DNA of 64,000 nt from Macrostomum lignano (Eukaryota): the NCBI GenBank assembly GCA_002269645.1, contig NIVC01001148.1:35253-99252 (forward strand). Reading direction: 5' to 3'. The notes below the pieces were generated by a model, which was not told where the DNA came from, did no database searches, and saw only the letters and a program-made list of their open reading frames with translations. This document shows, in pieces, positions 24,001 to 36,800 of this stretch; positions within the stretch are counted from its first letter, which is position 1; each line of letters begins with the position of its first letter. The position numbers and the translations under genes are program-made.

Positions 24001-27000
24001 GAGGCCCTCATCAAGCATGTCAAAGAGGTGCCAAGTTCAGAGTGGTCCAGATGCTTCAGTGAGTGGTTTCATAGGATGCACCGGTGCGTACTCTTTTTCT
24101 TAAAGAGTACTTTTAAGAAAACCTGACTGCCAGTTTCTCTAACTTTTTCAGTCTTTGCACATCCGGGAACTTATTGAACCCCCTCGAACTTCAGCTAGAC
24201 TTCTGCACTCGTGAACCAACTTACAACAAACGCTACGAATATTACTCGTACATATATATTTATTAATTTATTAATTCGTTGTCAGGAGACACGATAATCA
24301 ATATCCTAAATAACTACCAAAATGAGTGACCGTTTCAGTAGGTCGAATTTTTACTAGCTCCAAAAATTCATAAATTCGAAATTTCACATCCTCTAAAACT
24401 TTGATACTTCCGCTAGCCAACAACTTGAACGATTTCGTCGATGTAATTTAATATTTCGTGCTTATAAAGTTTACTGTCTTCGATAGTGAGTTTTCAAGTC
24501 TGTGAAAGAAATCGTGTTTAAGGTTAAATATCACACAGAATGTTACACATTCATTTTCGTATCTGTATTGGAAGCTGGTATTTACTTATAAATATGGTCA
24601 AAATAGCCCATCGGTTGTGTCTACTGTCTGTATATTGCTGCTTTGCATCATAGTGACTCGCGGCAAAGGGCAGTCTGCTTAATTGCAGTGAATTAGCGCG
24701 CTTTACAAGAGTCACCGTATTTGGACTAGAGACTCCGCTTTCGCATGATTTCATCTGATAGCAGTAATTCTCTACAGAAAAAGTGTTTTCAAGTGGAAAT
24801 CAAGAACGTAATGCCTAAGTCCTTTCATATCGTCTAAGTTTAGTGCAAGATCAATTCTATACGTTATTACGAGTCTCACAGATCCTAAAACTTTTACTTC
24901 TACTCGTAAAGCGCCATAAAACAGGAATGCAATTTCTATTTCACCTACCCCGTTTTCCCACCAAGTGTTTGGAGTTTTTTAATTTGCAGACTTTCCAAAA
25001 ATTTCAGCTTTAATTTATTATACTACTTGCTGACGATCAGTAGAATAATACGACTTACAAGTTTGGCCAATGCGTTTTTTTATTTTTATTTTTATGTAAT
25101 ATGCATATAACGCTATTGGTTTGTACCGCTCTAGATCTTTAGTCTTTACTAAACTTTGTAAAAAATATCAATGGTTTATGCAATGCAACCTTTCAGGTTC
25201 ATATTTGCTTTTCTGAACCACCTGTCCCAATTCGCGGATGAAAACTTGATGGATTCCTACAACCTGTCGATTTGTCTAGCGCCTTCCTTCCTTCCCGTGC
25301 CGCCTAACCGCGACCCAGTGATCTACCAAGGTTCTATCACTCACCTGATGAAGCTAATTATTGAGCACGAGTCCGACATCTTTGTGCGCAAAGACGTGCC
25401 CGGGCCCATCTACCGTAAAAGAATGGAAGACGACTTCGATGTGGAAGACGAAGAAGAGCAGTCCGTTTGCTCCGAGATGGGTGAGTCAAGGGGTTCTCTA
25501 GTATGTGCAGGAAGGCGCTAGGCTTTTACCCCAACACCTGAAATCTCTTCTGCGTTTGCGGAATGGAACTGGAAATCTAGAATCCGAGTTCAGCTCACGT
25601 CCTAACATGGGAAACATCTTGCGCGCGATTTCGCTACAGAATTCTAGGAAAAGAAAAACGCGAATACAAAACTTTAGTCTCTCAAATCCTATTTTATGCA
25701 ATCGTCTTTTCAATATTCATTTTTACTCATTTTCCTTACAATGCAAGTCCACCGTATCATTCTGTTACTTGCAATCAGTTGAATCTGTTTGCATAATATC
25801 AGGAAAGGCAGCATATTTCACCCTTTCGATATCTAATAACAAGCGCTTGGTTTGTGTTTCCAGAGCCTGAGAGCGGCTACATGGTAGCGGCCAAGTACTC
25901 ATTTGAAGCGCGAACATCACGCGAACTCAGTTTCAACAAAGGGGACGTCCTCACTGTAGTCAGCCGCCTTACCGCCGAGTGGCTGCGTGTTGTCAATGCC
26001 TCTGGTAAAGAGGGCCTAATTCCCGATGCATATGTGGCCAGGCTGCGACACTCGTCTACAGAATCTGAAGCGCTTGCAGCAAACACTCAGCAGCCGCAAC
26101 TACAGCAGCCACAGCAACCTGAGCAGCAGCATCCTCAAAGTCAGCTGCACTCGCAACATCAGCATCAGACACCTCAGTGCCCTTCAGCTGCACCGAAAGC
26201 TACCCACCCGTCACAGATCGTCCCATCAAACGTTGAGAACTCAAAAACGCCGAGCGCAGCGACGGTTGGTTCCACTGAGCAAGCACCCAAGGACGTATCC
26301 CAGATTTCTTCAGACACAATACTACAAACTGCTCAAACTGCACCAAAAAGTGTGCCACAGACCGCGACTGTGTCCATGCCGCAAGCAGAGCCGACGTCAC
26401 AGACTTTTGCAAAATCGATTTCATCTTTGACTGACGCAACTGGCAACATCAGTCCAACTAACCATCAGTCAGCAAGTTCCTCATCAACAACTGTAACCTC
26501 TAAAGCACCACCTGCTCAACAGAAAGCAACACCCGCAGTGGAGACAGCAGTATCTACGGCTTCAACGTCTTCAATATCACCATCGTCGCCATCTTCAACT
26601 GTTGCATCGGCATCAGCGGCTTCATCGGATCAGGATATGCAGAGCATCGATCAGGCTTTGCAAGAAGTAATCGCTGGCCTTGAGCTCCTTACATACGACA
26701 CGGAGTCTCCTTATGCCGATCCACAAGCACTGCTTACAGCCAAAGTGCAACTTCCAGCGGCCAAGCGGGCTCCAGATCTGGTCTCCGATCTGCCCGAATC
26801 AGCTGCCGACCGCTTTGCCCTTGAGGGCCACGCTGACACGCTGCGTGTGCGGCGTTGGCCGGAGCCACCTCAGTCAACATTGGTGACAGCGGGGTCATCA
26901 CCACCAGTGGTAGCAGAATCCGGCGCTGCCTCTTCGGCAGTAGTTGCGCCAGCTGAGTTGCCGGGCTCTGCGCCCTTGTCAGCCAGCGGGACCCCTGTAA

Positions 27001-27041
27001 AGCCGCCTAAAGTTGCACCTAAGCCGAAGTTTTGCAAGTAG
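10310..27041 (+). CDS. SRGAP: SLIT-ROBO Rho GTPase-activating protein-like (F-BAR, RhoGAP, SH3, low-complexity tail), about 1108 aa. Exons 10310-10364, 19153-19727, 20798-21081, 21288-21583, 21912-22296, 22410-22679, 25197-25480, 25864-27041
   Basis: Motifs: MSFKMKKD..KIKE|LRVQLAEQ, RRRAEIEEQYSK, KALRERNEYLL, RPRLFGGS, GLFHQGVFRVPGS, GEDP, FAFLNHLSQFADENLMDSYNL, and SH3 AKYSFEARTSRELSFNKGD..EW..GKEGLIP. All junctions are GT-AG with matching phases, and the total of 3327 nt is divisible by 3. Confidence 0.92.
11405..12830 (+). repeat. Dispersed repeat: unique head plus ~1.1-kb CT-rich polypyrimidine tract; homologous copy at about 49350-49900 (-)
   Basis: The head GCTGTTGAAACC(T/C)GCGGATTTTGAA...GCTGGGGT and internal CT segments such as CTGTCATCTTTA..CTCCTCTGTACTCTTCTCTTTC match between the two copies. 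Confidence 0.8.
13370..14029 (+). mobile_element. Probable non-autonomous Helentron-associated (HINE/DINE-like) element
   Basis: Repeated GTGTCAAATTTGAAG modules and a 3' end ...CACACAGACAGAGTTTTGACTTTTATAGGTAGAGAT resembling HINE termini. The left boundary is approximate. Confidence 0.4.
15243..15646. mobile_element. MITE-like element with ~105-bp inverted arms enclosing a Merlin/IS1595-like transposase fragment
   Basis: Arms 15243-15349 and 15541-15646 are about 80% reverse-complementary. The spacer encodes LLDYPMELGGARQTVEVDKSKFMH, matching the GG..TVEIDESKF motif. Confidence 0.6.
17670..17875. repeat. CT-rich low-complexity tract
   Basis: Almost entirely pyrimidine on the + strand. Confidence 0.8.
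18707..18784. repeat. 22-bp tandem repeat, about 3.5 copies (TCAAGTCATTATTTTCAAAA core)
   Basis: Read directly. Confidence 0.8.
22952..24186 (+). mobile_element. Degenerate mariner (DD34D) element, about 1.24 kb, in srGAP intron 6
   Basis: TIRs CGAGGG..GGTTCAATAAGTT(T/C)CCGG at both ends, with TA on the left. Transposase relics: APSRTTVF, WVPPHL, IVSGDE, PYS.YLVPCDFFMFPQIK. Many stops and frameshifts. Confidence 0.92.
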
Positions 27042-29440
27042 ATCAGTTTCGACTCGTCTCAATTGGCGCTTCCATATATTTTTTACTCCGAACTAATTTG
27101 ATTTGCCCTATTATGCATGTACATTATCAGTACGTCTGAAATATATATCATATTTGATAAATTGAAATTTCAATTCTGCAACAAAACTGATGTGAATATT
27201 ATCCTGTGTGGATTTTTCATGACCTTGGCGTGGCCATTTAAGTTTAAAAATAATTATCGCTAAGAGAGTTCGCAGGAGATTGCTGTTGTATCATTCTGGT
27301 GCAAATTAGGGGCTAGTAAATTACTCGTAGTATGGCCTATGCGTGCCAGCTTCATTACTCCTTGCGATTGCAACAACTATTAGAAAAATAACAGCATCGA
27401 GTGGGGTCAGTATGCATCATTATTGACGCAGATTTTGTTCAACATTGATATTTCAGTATTGTTCCATATATTTTTGAGTTTTCACACTTATTCCCGTGTT
27501 AATAACATCCAGTCATGTCAATCTCCCTCGCATGTTTCAGTGTGCTCTGTTTATCTGCCTTGTCATTGCCGCATGCAATTGCAATCGCATTATTATTGCA
27601 GGAGCATCTATTATTTCACCTGTTTTACTCTTAATCGTACCGTTCGTTCATGCCAATTACACTGTGCACTGCAACAATTTATATTTCAATAATTAGTGTA
27701 TTTGCATACTTTTTTACACGATGAGCATTATTATGATTGCTATTCGCTTCACGTTGTGACACCCAACCCAACTAGATCTGATGTGCTACTTGTTCTGCTG
27801 AAGTTCACACTTCAATATTTATTTTCTGTCACTAGCTAGTCCTAAAGTTTTACTATCTGATAGTTGCTTTTTTAAAATGTATATTGTACTTTTATTTTAC
27901 AATATTTGTGATTTTTTAACCTATGCCAGATGCAAACAAATCTCTGTTTATGTCTATAATTATAACTGGCTGGCTTATTGTTGACAGCTTTACTTTCTTG
28001 TCCGTGCGGATGTTGCTGATGTCTGTACTTCCCTAGCCTATGCACAAAGTCTGCATATGCGAGTGATTTTCAACTGATTCGCTTTGAGTGCATCTATTTT
28101 TCTCTAAAATTTTATAATGCAATTTTTCTTCGCAATATACTATTGCTTACATTATTATTCAATTGACGGAAACTCGTTCGAGTCTTGATCATTTCGACAT
28201 TCGGAAATATTTGCATGGGTCTTCTGGTGGTAACTTTGGTGGCAGTGCAAAATTCTGTTCTTTTCCATCCCAGTGGGGCCCGCAGAGGTTAGACCTAGTC
28301 GGGACATATGGCCCCAGGTTAATTCGGCCATTAATCCACTGTGGTATTGTTTTGCCTGAAGGTGAACGGATGGCTCCCTAGGCTCTTGTGCCCCAGTCAC
28401 CAGAACCCCCCCCCAGTTACTGTTCGAGTTGCCAATCAAGGTATGCGAAGCGGAGCTTGTTTCTTCAACTGTCTGCCAGAAGTCGTTGGTTTCTTGCCCC
28501 CGAGGAGAATCGGAAAAAAGAGAAGCAATATCGCTGCAATGCGGCCCCAAATGTTGCTAATGTCTACAATGACTGGAACAAACTCCTGCATTTCTCCCCC
28601 TATTGTCCATCGTGTTTGCCCATATGCTTGCAACTTCCTGTGCGTATGCTATTTTCGCTCGAAGCTAATCATTTCGCAAAGAGACGCTGGTAAACTTAAC
28701 TTCGAGGCATTCGATTGATACATCTACGGCTCGTATTCTGTACCTACTGCCTGCCCACCAGCAGTCCATTGCTAAATAGTTTGAATCTGAATGCAGGGTC
28801 TTCTTCACCATGTGCCTTGGGCCTTCTGGCATGTTTTGGTACAGGAAACCCAGTGGGTTGCACATGCAGAACCAGTCAGCAGAGCATTCCACTCTGAGTG
28901 TACTGAGTGTCTGGTCAATCGATTAGAGCAGGAGGCGCAGTGGGTCTCTTTCTCTCTGTTGTATAGCTAACTAACTAACTATATGCACGGGTTTCATTTT
29001 TGATGCCCAGTTTTTTGTGGCTAAGTTTCTAATATGAAACTGATGTTGAAGAAGCAATCTTTTTCCTACGAAATCTAGGGTTATTTTTTACTTTGAGCCA
29101 AGAGAGATTGGCAGTAATCGAGTCTAATATTGGGCGCGAGAGTTGGAGAGTCAGTCACGGTGTCTTTACTATTGAGTCTCAAACTCTACTGGATTTGGCA
29201 CGACTGACGGCAAGCTTATGCTTACTTACCAGCGTGGAACATGCAGATAAAATGCTCCTGTATTGCGCGAGTCGAACTGCGAGAACGCTTTATCCGCCAA
29301 CTATACCCAGACTTTGCATTAGCATTAGCAATTCCCTTTGTTTTCAGACGAATCAATTGTAAATTGAAGTAGTAAAATCGCCAAAATGCGAGTGTTTAAT
29401 ATTTTTGGAGCTTGCCTCGACAGATTGTGTACAAGTATTG

Positions 29441-29810
29441 CAGGGGCGTCACCATGGATTTTATGGTGGGGGGACACAGCCAAGAATCCTACATCCTACT
29501 CATTTTAGCGCCGCAGGCTCTCATGTTAGCGCCGCAGGCACCATTTTAGCGCCGCAGTCATTCATTTTAGCGCCGCAGGCACCATTTTAGCGCCGCAGTC
29601 ATTCATTTTAGCGCCGCAGGCACTCATTTTAGCGCCGCAGGCACTCATTTTAGCGCCGTAGGCGCTATGTTTTCTCGCTATGCAGCAAAATTATTGATTT
29701 CCACGACAAGGTGGGGTGGGGGAGGACAAAGCACTGGCATGTCCCGCCCAGATCTTTCACTGGGGGGGGGACATGCCCCCCCTGTCCCCCCCCCGTTAGC
29801 GACGCCCCTC
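29441..29810. mobile_element. 370-bp hAT-like MITE with an internal 20-23 bp tandem array
   Basis: Termini CAGGGGCGTC / GACGCCCCTC, flanked by the direct repeat AGTATTG. Contains 8 copies of CATTTTAGCGCCGCAG and a polyG/polyC hairpin near the right end. Confidence 0.7.
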
Positions 29811-30099
29811 AGTATTGGTATTTTTTTCCAATTGTCCGAAAGACAGGTCGTCTTATATGTTGCATGTGCATGTTTGCGGTTGCACCTTGATACCCTAAAA
29901 TATAGAATATTGCAGCTGTTAATGTTAAGTTGGTTCGTCTACGACAGTTTCATCACGTTATTCGCAGATAACGTTGATCATAGATGTTAGTTCCTTGTAG
30001 AAAGTTACGAGTCTCAGTTCAAAACCTGTGTAAATGCAACGCTTATATTTGTCTCACGAACATTAATCGTTCTAAGCTGATAAAATTATTTGGCCACAA

Positions 30100-30385
30100 G
30101 GGGGGTGTCAGGACACAGGAGCAGCTCGGGGTATAGCGCGTCGTTTGTCCTTGGCCTCGTCTCCGCGGACCCTACACGCCGTCCACAACAACTGTCGTGT
30201 AATGAATGGCTCGCTACAGCGACTCCGACCGGATGATGACGTGGCTAGTAAGCCTGAGTCATCTCTCGCGCAGCAGGTCAGAAGGCCGCGTCAGGCGGGC
30301 CCTAGCGTAGAGCGCGACGTTGGTCTCAGAATCCGGGCCGCAGCGCAGCGTCCAGCTGCTTTTCCAGGGTACAGGTCTCAGCGTT
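30100..30385 (-). mobile_element. RTE-clade LINE 3' fragment (degenerate)
   Basis: The minus strand reads LEKQLDAA..TNVALYARARLTRPSDLLRER*LRLTSHVI..RRRGQ, homologous to the copy at 57341-57695. Confidence 0.65.
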
Positions 30386-31096
30386 GGATCGGAGCTACAC
30401 GAGCTACAATTGACTGATTATTAACGCTTTATCCGATCTGAATCACTCAGGGAAAAGCGAGAACCTGATGATTCTGAAGCTAACCTTTAAACTGGTACGT
30501 GCTTGGAATTCAGTTCTCAGCGCAGCCGAGTCGTAAAAATCTTCAGTTTGGATTGCCACCCACTGAATTTAGCTTCGACATCAGCATGCCGATCTGACAA
30601 AATCTCTCGACACTTGCAGCCAGTCTGCAATGCTCCGTACACATGCCACTGCCACTGATGTGCTATCTTATTGTAGATCATCTTGGCCGTCTTTCGGACT
30701 TTCCGCTCGCAACGGCTTCGCCTCAGCATTCATCGCATTCCACATAACCGCTTCTTATCAAGGACTCAAAGTACGGATGAAGAAAAATGATTACTAATGT
30801 GATTCACTAGTATGCAGCCCCTGTATTCATGCTTTTTTGACACTCGGAACCCCGGACACTCAGATATATCCTGGGTCTTTAGTTCTGTGACAGACAGGGG
30901 TCAAATTCGAAGGTCAAAAAATGGCTCATCAGCATTGATTCCATTACTCCTTTTCCTTTATCCATGCATAAAACTGGGCCATAGAATAGTAGGCCATAGA
31001 ATAGTAGAATAGTTCTTTCTCTAGAGTGCTGGTGTGCAAAAGGGGGCTCCGCAAGGGGGCTCAGCGCCCCTTGACCCCGCTTTCTTCTGACTTTGC

Positions 31097-32367
31097 CATA
31101 GACATTTTCAGCGGGCCGTGAAACCGACTGAATGCATTGGAATAAATGGGATTTTACCATAGACAGTCTCAGTGGGCCGTGAAACGCCCGCTAACTGTAA
31201 CACTAATATGGATGGGCTGCATCGGGCAGAAACGAGCTAACACTGATCGGCGCTACGCGCCTTGGCGTTATAGCTCGTTTCTGCTCTCTGCAGCCCATCA
31301 ATATTACTCGTAGTATATTATCATTGTTTAGCAATTTGACTATCATTATTCGCATTTTTTTATGCAGAACAATAATACATTACTACAAAAAATGCATTGT
31401 CTTTAGGATCGTCAAACAAAAAAACAATGCCAAGAATCAGCGGTCGCAGCACGTGACAACGATCGTTATGGGTAGGCTGCCTGGGTTGAAACGCGATTGA
31501 AACGCTCTACATTTGTCCGCCGTCACTGTCTATGGTTGAAGCATATTTCAATTATATTCAATTCATCACTTATAGCCGCTGTATATTTCACTGCCAACAA
31601 ACACAAGACCAAACACAACAGGAATGAAACACGAAGTAAACGAAATAATTCAGTAAATAACGCTTGGAAGCTCAAAATGATATGTGGCTGGAGAGTTCAT
31701 CAATAGTTACCTCAATAGTTTTTTGAATCTCAATACCAGATATTTTTTGAAGCGCTTCACATGGAGAGCGGTTTGATCCGTGGTCGATTTGCGTTTGGCA
31801 GCCTCTTCGACGTCTTGCACAGCAGCTTCCTCTTCTTCCGTCAGTTCCCGCAGAAGCTCGGCATTATTCAGAATGCTTGGATTGGACAATTCTGCGTCAA
31901 TCAACTCCTGCTGTCTTACGGTCACACCGGTCCACTGACTAACTTCTTCACCAGGATCACGATGTCCAAGTTGCTGCAGAAACTCAATCTCATTCATTTC
32001 TAAACCGCTAATATCTTCCTCTAGTATTGATTCCCAGTGAAACATGGCTAATTCCGAACCTTAAAGCTGTTTAAATCTTATTTTCTCTCCCACCCACCAA
32101 GAGAAGAATGCTTCAAACTCTATTTGGGTTTCAACCATAGACAGTCTCCGCGGACTGCGAAACCGCCACGAAGCATATAGCTAAAGCTTTTTCAACCATA
32201 GACAGTTTCTGTGGACGTGAAACCGCGTTGTGCGTCCGCGCTTCAGCCCACCCATAACACTAATATGGACTGGCTGTTGAGGACTGAAATGAACTGAAAC
32301 GCCGAGGCGCGTAAAAAGCGCCGAGGCTTTTCAGTTCATTTCAGTCCTCAACAGCCAGTCCATATTA
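31097..32367 (-). mobile_element. Crypton-like (tyrosine recombinase) non-autonomous module: two hairpin cassettes around a short ORF
   Basis: Hairpin arms at 31204-31239/31271-31306 and 32261-32299/32329-32367, each preceded by two CCATAGACA...GAAAC motifs. ORF 31707-32045 (-) ends ELTEEEE..VEEAAKRKSTTDQTALHVKRFKKYL, like the N-terminus of Crypton/DUF3504-type recombinases. Confidence 0.5.
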
Positions 32368-33820
32368 ATATATTGTCACGCACTGGGACCGCTGATTATT
32401 ATCCATTACCCTGAACGTCAGGGACAATAATAGAATAATATTCTTTACGCAGAATACTTCTGAGTATCCCGTTAACTACCAAAACTAGTGCATGGGGATA
32501 GACAAGTGATAAAGGCTGTGGGATCGCAATATCCACGCTCGTATCCTTTTACTGCGTATTTCGTCTATGTTCCATGTAGTGGTGCTTGTTGATTATTTGC
32601 AACGGTGTGCTTGCATTCGTCTGAAAGCAAAATAGTTTGACATGAGAGCTTAAGAAGCTATCTCTTTCTTTTCGGTGTAATTTATGGATGCTGCCATCCA
32701 ATATATTTCCAATATTTCAGTCTCTATTGCAAAAAATGTATTCGTGCTTTGCTGTTGTCATTATTATACATGCACATTAAATTTTAAAGTAATACATGTA
32801 TTATATGCTTTCTCTCCCGTGCAGCCACTAAATTTGTCTTACAGCCGCGGTCTGTTTATTACCCAGCGAGGCCTGTTTATTGGAAGCCACATTGTGCTGC
32901 GCTACTAGAATCTTGCTTATATGGCAAAAATGATTTAAAGAGCTCCAGTTTGAGGGAATCCTGAGGGAGTTGTTAGGAATCTTAAATTAGCTTGTAAAAC
33001 TTTTAACATCTAGCGCCGTCTTCGCATGGGGAGGCGCCCAAAATTCTTATCCTGGTCACACTGACATTATCCTAGAATTACGAGCTAGAATTCTTTGAGG
33101 CTTTATATGACTTTATTTACAATTTAGCAGGATAAAAAATCGCTTTTAGAAATATCAAAAATACTATGGGACCTCAGTGCGCAGATTATGACTTCAACTG
33201 AACTCCCATCAATCGAGGTTTTCGGATGGAGGATTAATGCTTAAATCGTGTGCCCAGCTAATCACCCCTAATTGCAGTTAGGTGGGATCTCTTGTGTTAC
33301 CTTTTATAGAATCTGGACCTTGGGTGCCGTAGGACATCAGCAAGAAAATTCTGGAAAATTCAAACACTGATGAGGCCTCATCAATCATTTCTGCCCAGCA
33401 CAGGGTGAGACACCAACGTAAAGGCTGTCGTTGGTTTGCGTGACGAATGGCGCCACTGGACCAATCGTAGCTGCATTCTGAGGGGCAAGAAAAAGAAATG
33501 GCAGATTCAAAAAGGTGACACCTCAGATTGAAGCGCCCATTGCAAGCAGCAACAGATGCGTGTAAATTGGCGCTGGTCACATCTCTTAGCCCACACTTCG
33601 CTGCTGACTGAAGTGTCATCGGTCATTCCTGCCGCTTCCGTCTCGGTATTTTATCTTCAGCCCTCTTCAGGAGTGTTACTACTTATTGCTGTGCTCTGCA
33701 GACCATTCCAGCATCAACAAGAGGATCACCACTTGGCCATATTCCAGCCAAGACAAGACAGAAGGCACACGACCCTCAGCAGGTCCTCCTGGCGCTGACT
33801 GTCGAGTCGACTGCCCAGGC

Positions 33821-36800
33821 ATGGGCTCTCAGTGCACCTGCGCTAGCGTCTCGATGCTTCACGCTCAAAATCTGCCGTCGCTTCTGCTGTTGTCACTGCT
33901 GTTGCAGCTGATGCTTCAATGCACCTCATGCAGTGGATTTTCGTGAGTTCTTAGCAGTCTTTCATTTACGTGTAGCTGTTTAGCAATCATTATTCACATA
34001 TGATCGTCACATATGTGACGATCCATTCACATATCCATTGTTTGTAGTAATGGATTGTTCTGCATTAAAAATGTGAATAATGATCGTCAAATTGCTAAAC
34101 AATGAGGCACCAAGCAATGAGCACGGCTGGGAGTGCAGTGACGCTAAAGCACGAGTGTCTATGGGCGTGACTGCACGAACCAGACGCGCTCCGGTTACAT
34201 TGTTATTTGATTCTGCGTGCAGAATTGTCAATCTTGCACTCCCGATCGTTCAGACTTTATTTTGTCTCTGGTTTAACTGCATGATCTATGATTAAAATAG
34301 AATCAAATAAGAACGAGATTCATGAACGCTAACTCGTGCGTCAAAAGCGTTTGCCTTCGCTAGCGTTCTGGAATCGTTCCATACTATCAATACATTGCTG
34401 CACCGACCATTGAGAAACAATGGCATAGTACATGTACGCAGGCCTGAAAACGAACTCACTTTCTATAAAAACAAAATTGATTTTCGCAATCGACTGCCGG
34501 CAACAAAACTTGGAACAGTTATTTTTTATCTGCACATAATCAAATATAGATATCGCCATTTTAAAACTTTCATTGTGCCGACATCCATGAGAACTTGCAG
34601 CACCTGGCACATTAATTTTCTGTACAAACCCTTTCTTCAACTCCTTACCAGCAGTAGAAAATGCTTGTTGACAGGTTTAATTTCATTATAAAATAAGACT
34701 TTAAAGTTACGGAAGCCTGAAATGCTAGAACGGTGGAAATGGACTAGTCAGTTATTCAATTTTTTCTGCATCTTCATCTAAAAAACTTAGCAATGCTAAC
34801 GGTGAAAATTAAACTGGCTGAATGGCTTTGAATATAACGGAGTCTAGGAGAGGGTCAGTATTTTCATTTTCTCCAAGTGTCCTTAAATCTGGGTCAGGCA
34901 GCAGAATGCAGTTAAAAGAAAACTTGTGTGGGCCGTCCGTTGCAGAAGGGAACGATAAAAATACTCCGCCGCAGTCTGAATGGCGGCACGGGAATCTCGA
35001 AAGGAAATTTAGTCATTTGTGTGTCCGCAGCAATGACCCTGCATATGATTAGCCTAGCTCTCACTGCATCTCACTAGATCACACAGCTGCTCTCGAATTC
35101 ATTTGAGAAGGCCGAGTCTGTTGGGCTGAAAGGTGAAGCGCAATGAGATCCTTCTCCCAAGATTCGAACCTCTCAGCTGTAAGTCGCTTCGCGGTAGGAC
35201 TTTCGCGCTCGGTCCGTTGTCCTTTACTGCACCGAAATTCTTTGTGTCGACCTTATATTCTTATGGTCAATTACTTTACTAAGCAAAAAATAATTGCTGC
35301 TCTACATGTAGTTGAGGCCTGCTTGCGAAAGGTGCGAAAAGAGACAAATAGTGCGAAAGGCCTTCTGCAGTTCACTGATAATTTTAGCAGCTGTCATTCG
35401 TCTTTCAGAGAGAGTTACAATTATTATTGTATTAAACAATGGGAAAACTGCATCTTTATTACACAAAAACAATTTGACTGAAACAAAAAATGTTTTTTAA
35501 AGGCCAATAAAGAGCTGTCTTATGGAGCGCCTCGGGCCTGGGGCCTGCAGCTGTGTGATCTTTTATTCAGTCAGCCGCGCTGCCGACAGAATCTGGGCAC
35601 CGGTGTCAGCAAGCAGGCAAAACGCCTGATCAGTGTATGCTTCTGGCTTCACCGGTAGGGGGTCCGGCGCATCTGAGTGTGGGCCAGCAAAATGGAGTCA
35701 CCTGCCAACTTGAGTCCGCGAAGGTGCCACAGGTCGCTTAGATGGGCCCAGGCCGGTGTGGAGATACGTATCTCGAGTTTTTGGCTGGCTCGTTGTCCGT
35801 CTTAAAGTCGACTTGTTGTTCGAGCGAGTTAATGCAAACTCTTTATGGAAAGCAATTTGCACAAAATCTTTTCGCGGAGTCTCAGATGCACTTGCGCTCA
35901 AAATATCTATCTAGACAGCCCTCTTTATCCGCTCTTTTCAGACTGCCTCCCCAGTTTCTCCAGGATGCAGCTGACCAGGCCACTGTAGAGTCGCAGGAGG
36001 CGGCCTGCCGCGATCTGCACCCGCTGCAACGCAACTTTTGTCGTCGGCAGCAGGATCTCATGCCCCACATTCGAATGGGAGTGCACGGCTCGCTGATGCA
36101 CTGCGCCCGCGAGTTTCAGGTGACCCGCTGGAACTGCTCACAGCGAAGTGACGCGATTCGGTTTGGGCTGCGCCGGTCAACCAGGGAGACGGCATTCGTG
36201 CAGGCCGTCACATCAGCCGGAGTCACGCATTCCATCGCTAAGGCATGCAGCCTCGGTAAGGCCATTTATAAATGCCTGAATTCAGGGACGTCATTAACGA
36301 GCGTGTAGAAATGCTGTGACATACAGTGAATATATACGTAGCTTTCCTTGCTACTGGTGCAAGAGTAGTAATTTGCGTTCATTCGTATAGAATGCGAGAT
36401 TAGCAGGCGTGGTCTAAATACGGTGTAAAGTACACAGACTAGCTTCTCATTACATCATTTAGACAAAAGTTTCGATTGCTCTGTCGTGTGCAAAGCCCCG
36501 AAGCTGAGCTAGACTGAAAAACTGTTTGTGCTTGACATTCTGATATCCCTGCTGGGCTCGGCTATATGCTTGCTGGGATTAGGGACAGGAAATTTTCAAA
36601 ATCCTGGAAGATTTTTCTTTGAGTCCGTGATCCCCTAAGTGAAAATTTTGCGGGAAAATGACTAATGGTATTTCTAACCGTTGAATCTTTCAACTTTTGG
36701 ACTTCAGGCAACATGACGGTCTGCAGTTGTGCCCGGCACATGGCCGAGCCGCCGAGGCCAAGCGATCCGCACCTGCTGCCCCCAACAGAGGAGGCACCAG

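Noticed and set aside
28155-28897. GC-richer patch with LLMSTM and KRRW, reminiscent of piggyBac
   Set aside because: The motifs are in different frames with the wrong spacing and no TTAA/TIR was found, so it is left unclassified.
33367-33385. CTGATGAGGCC as a hammerhead ribozyme core
   Set aside because: It is part of a simple palindrome (TGATGAGGCCTCATCA) with no GAAA core following stem II.
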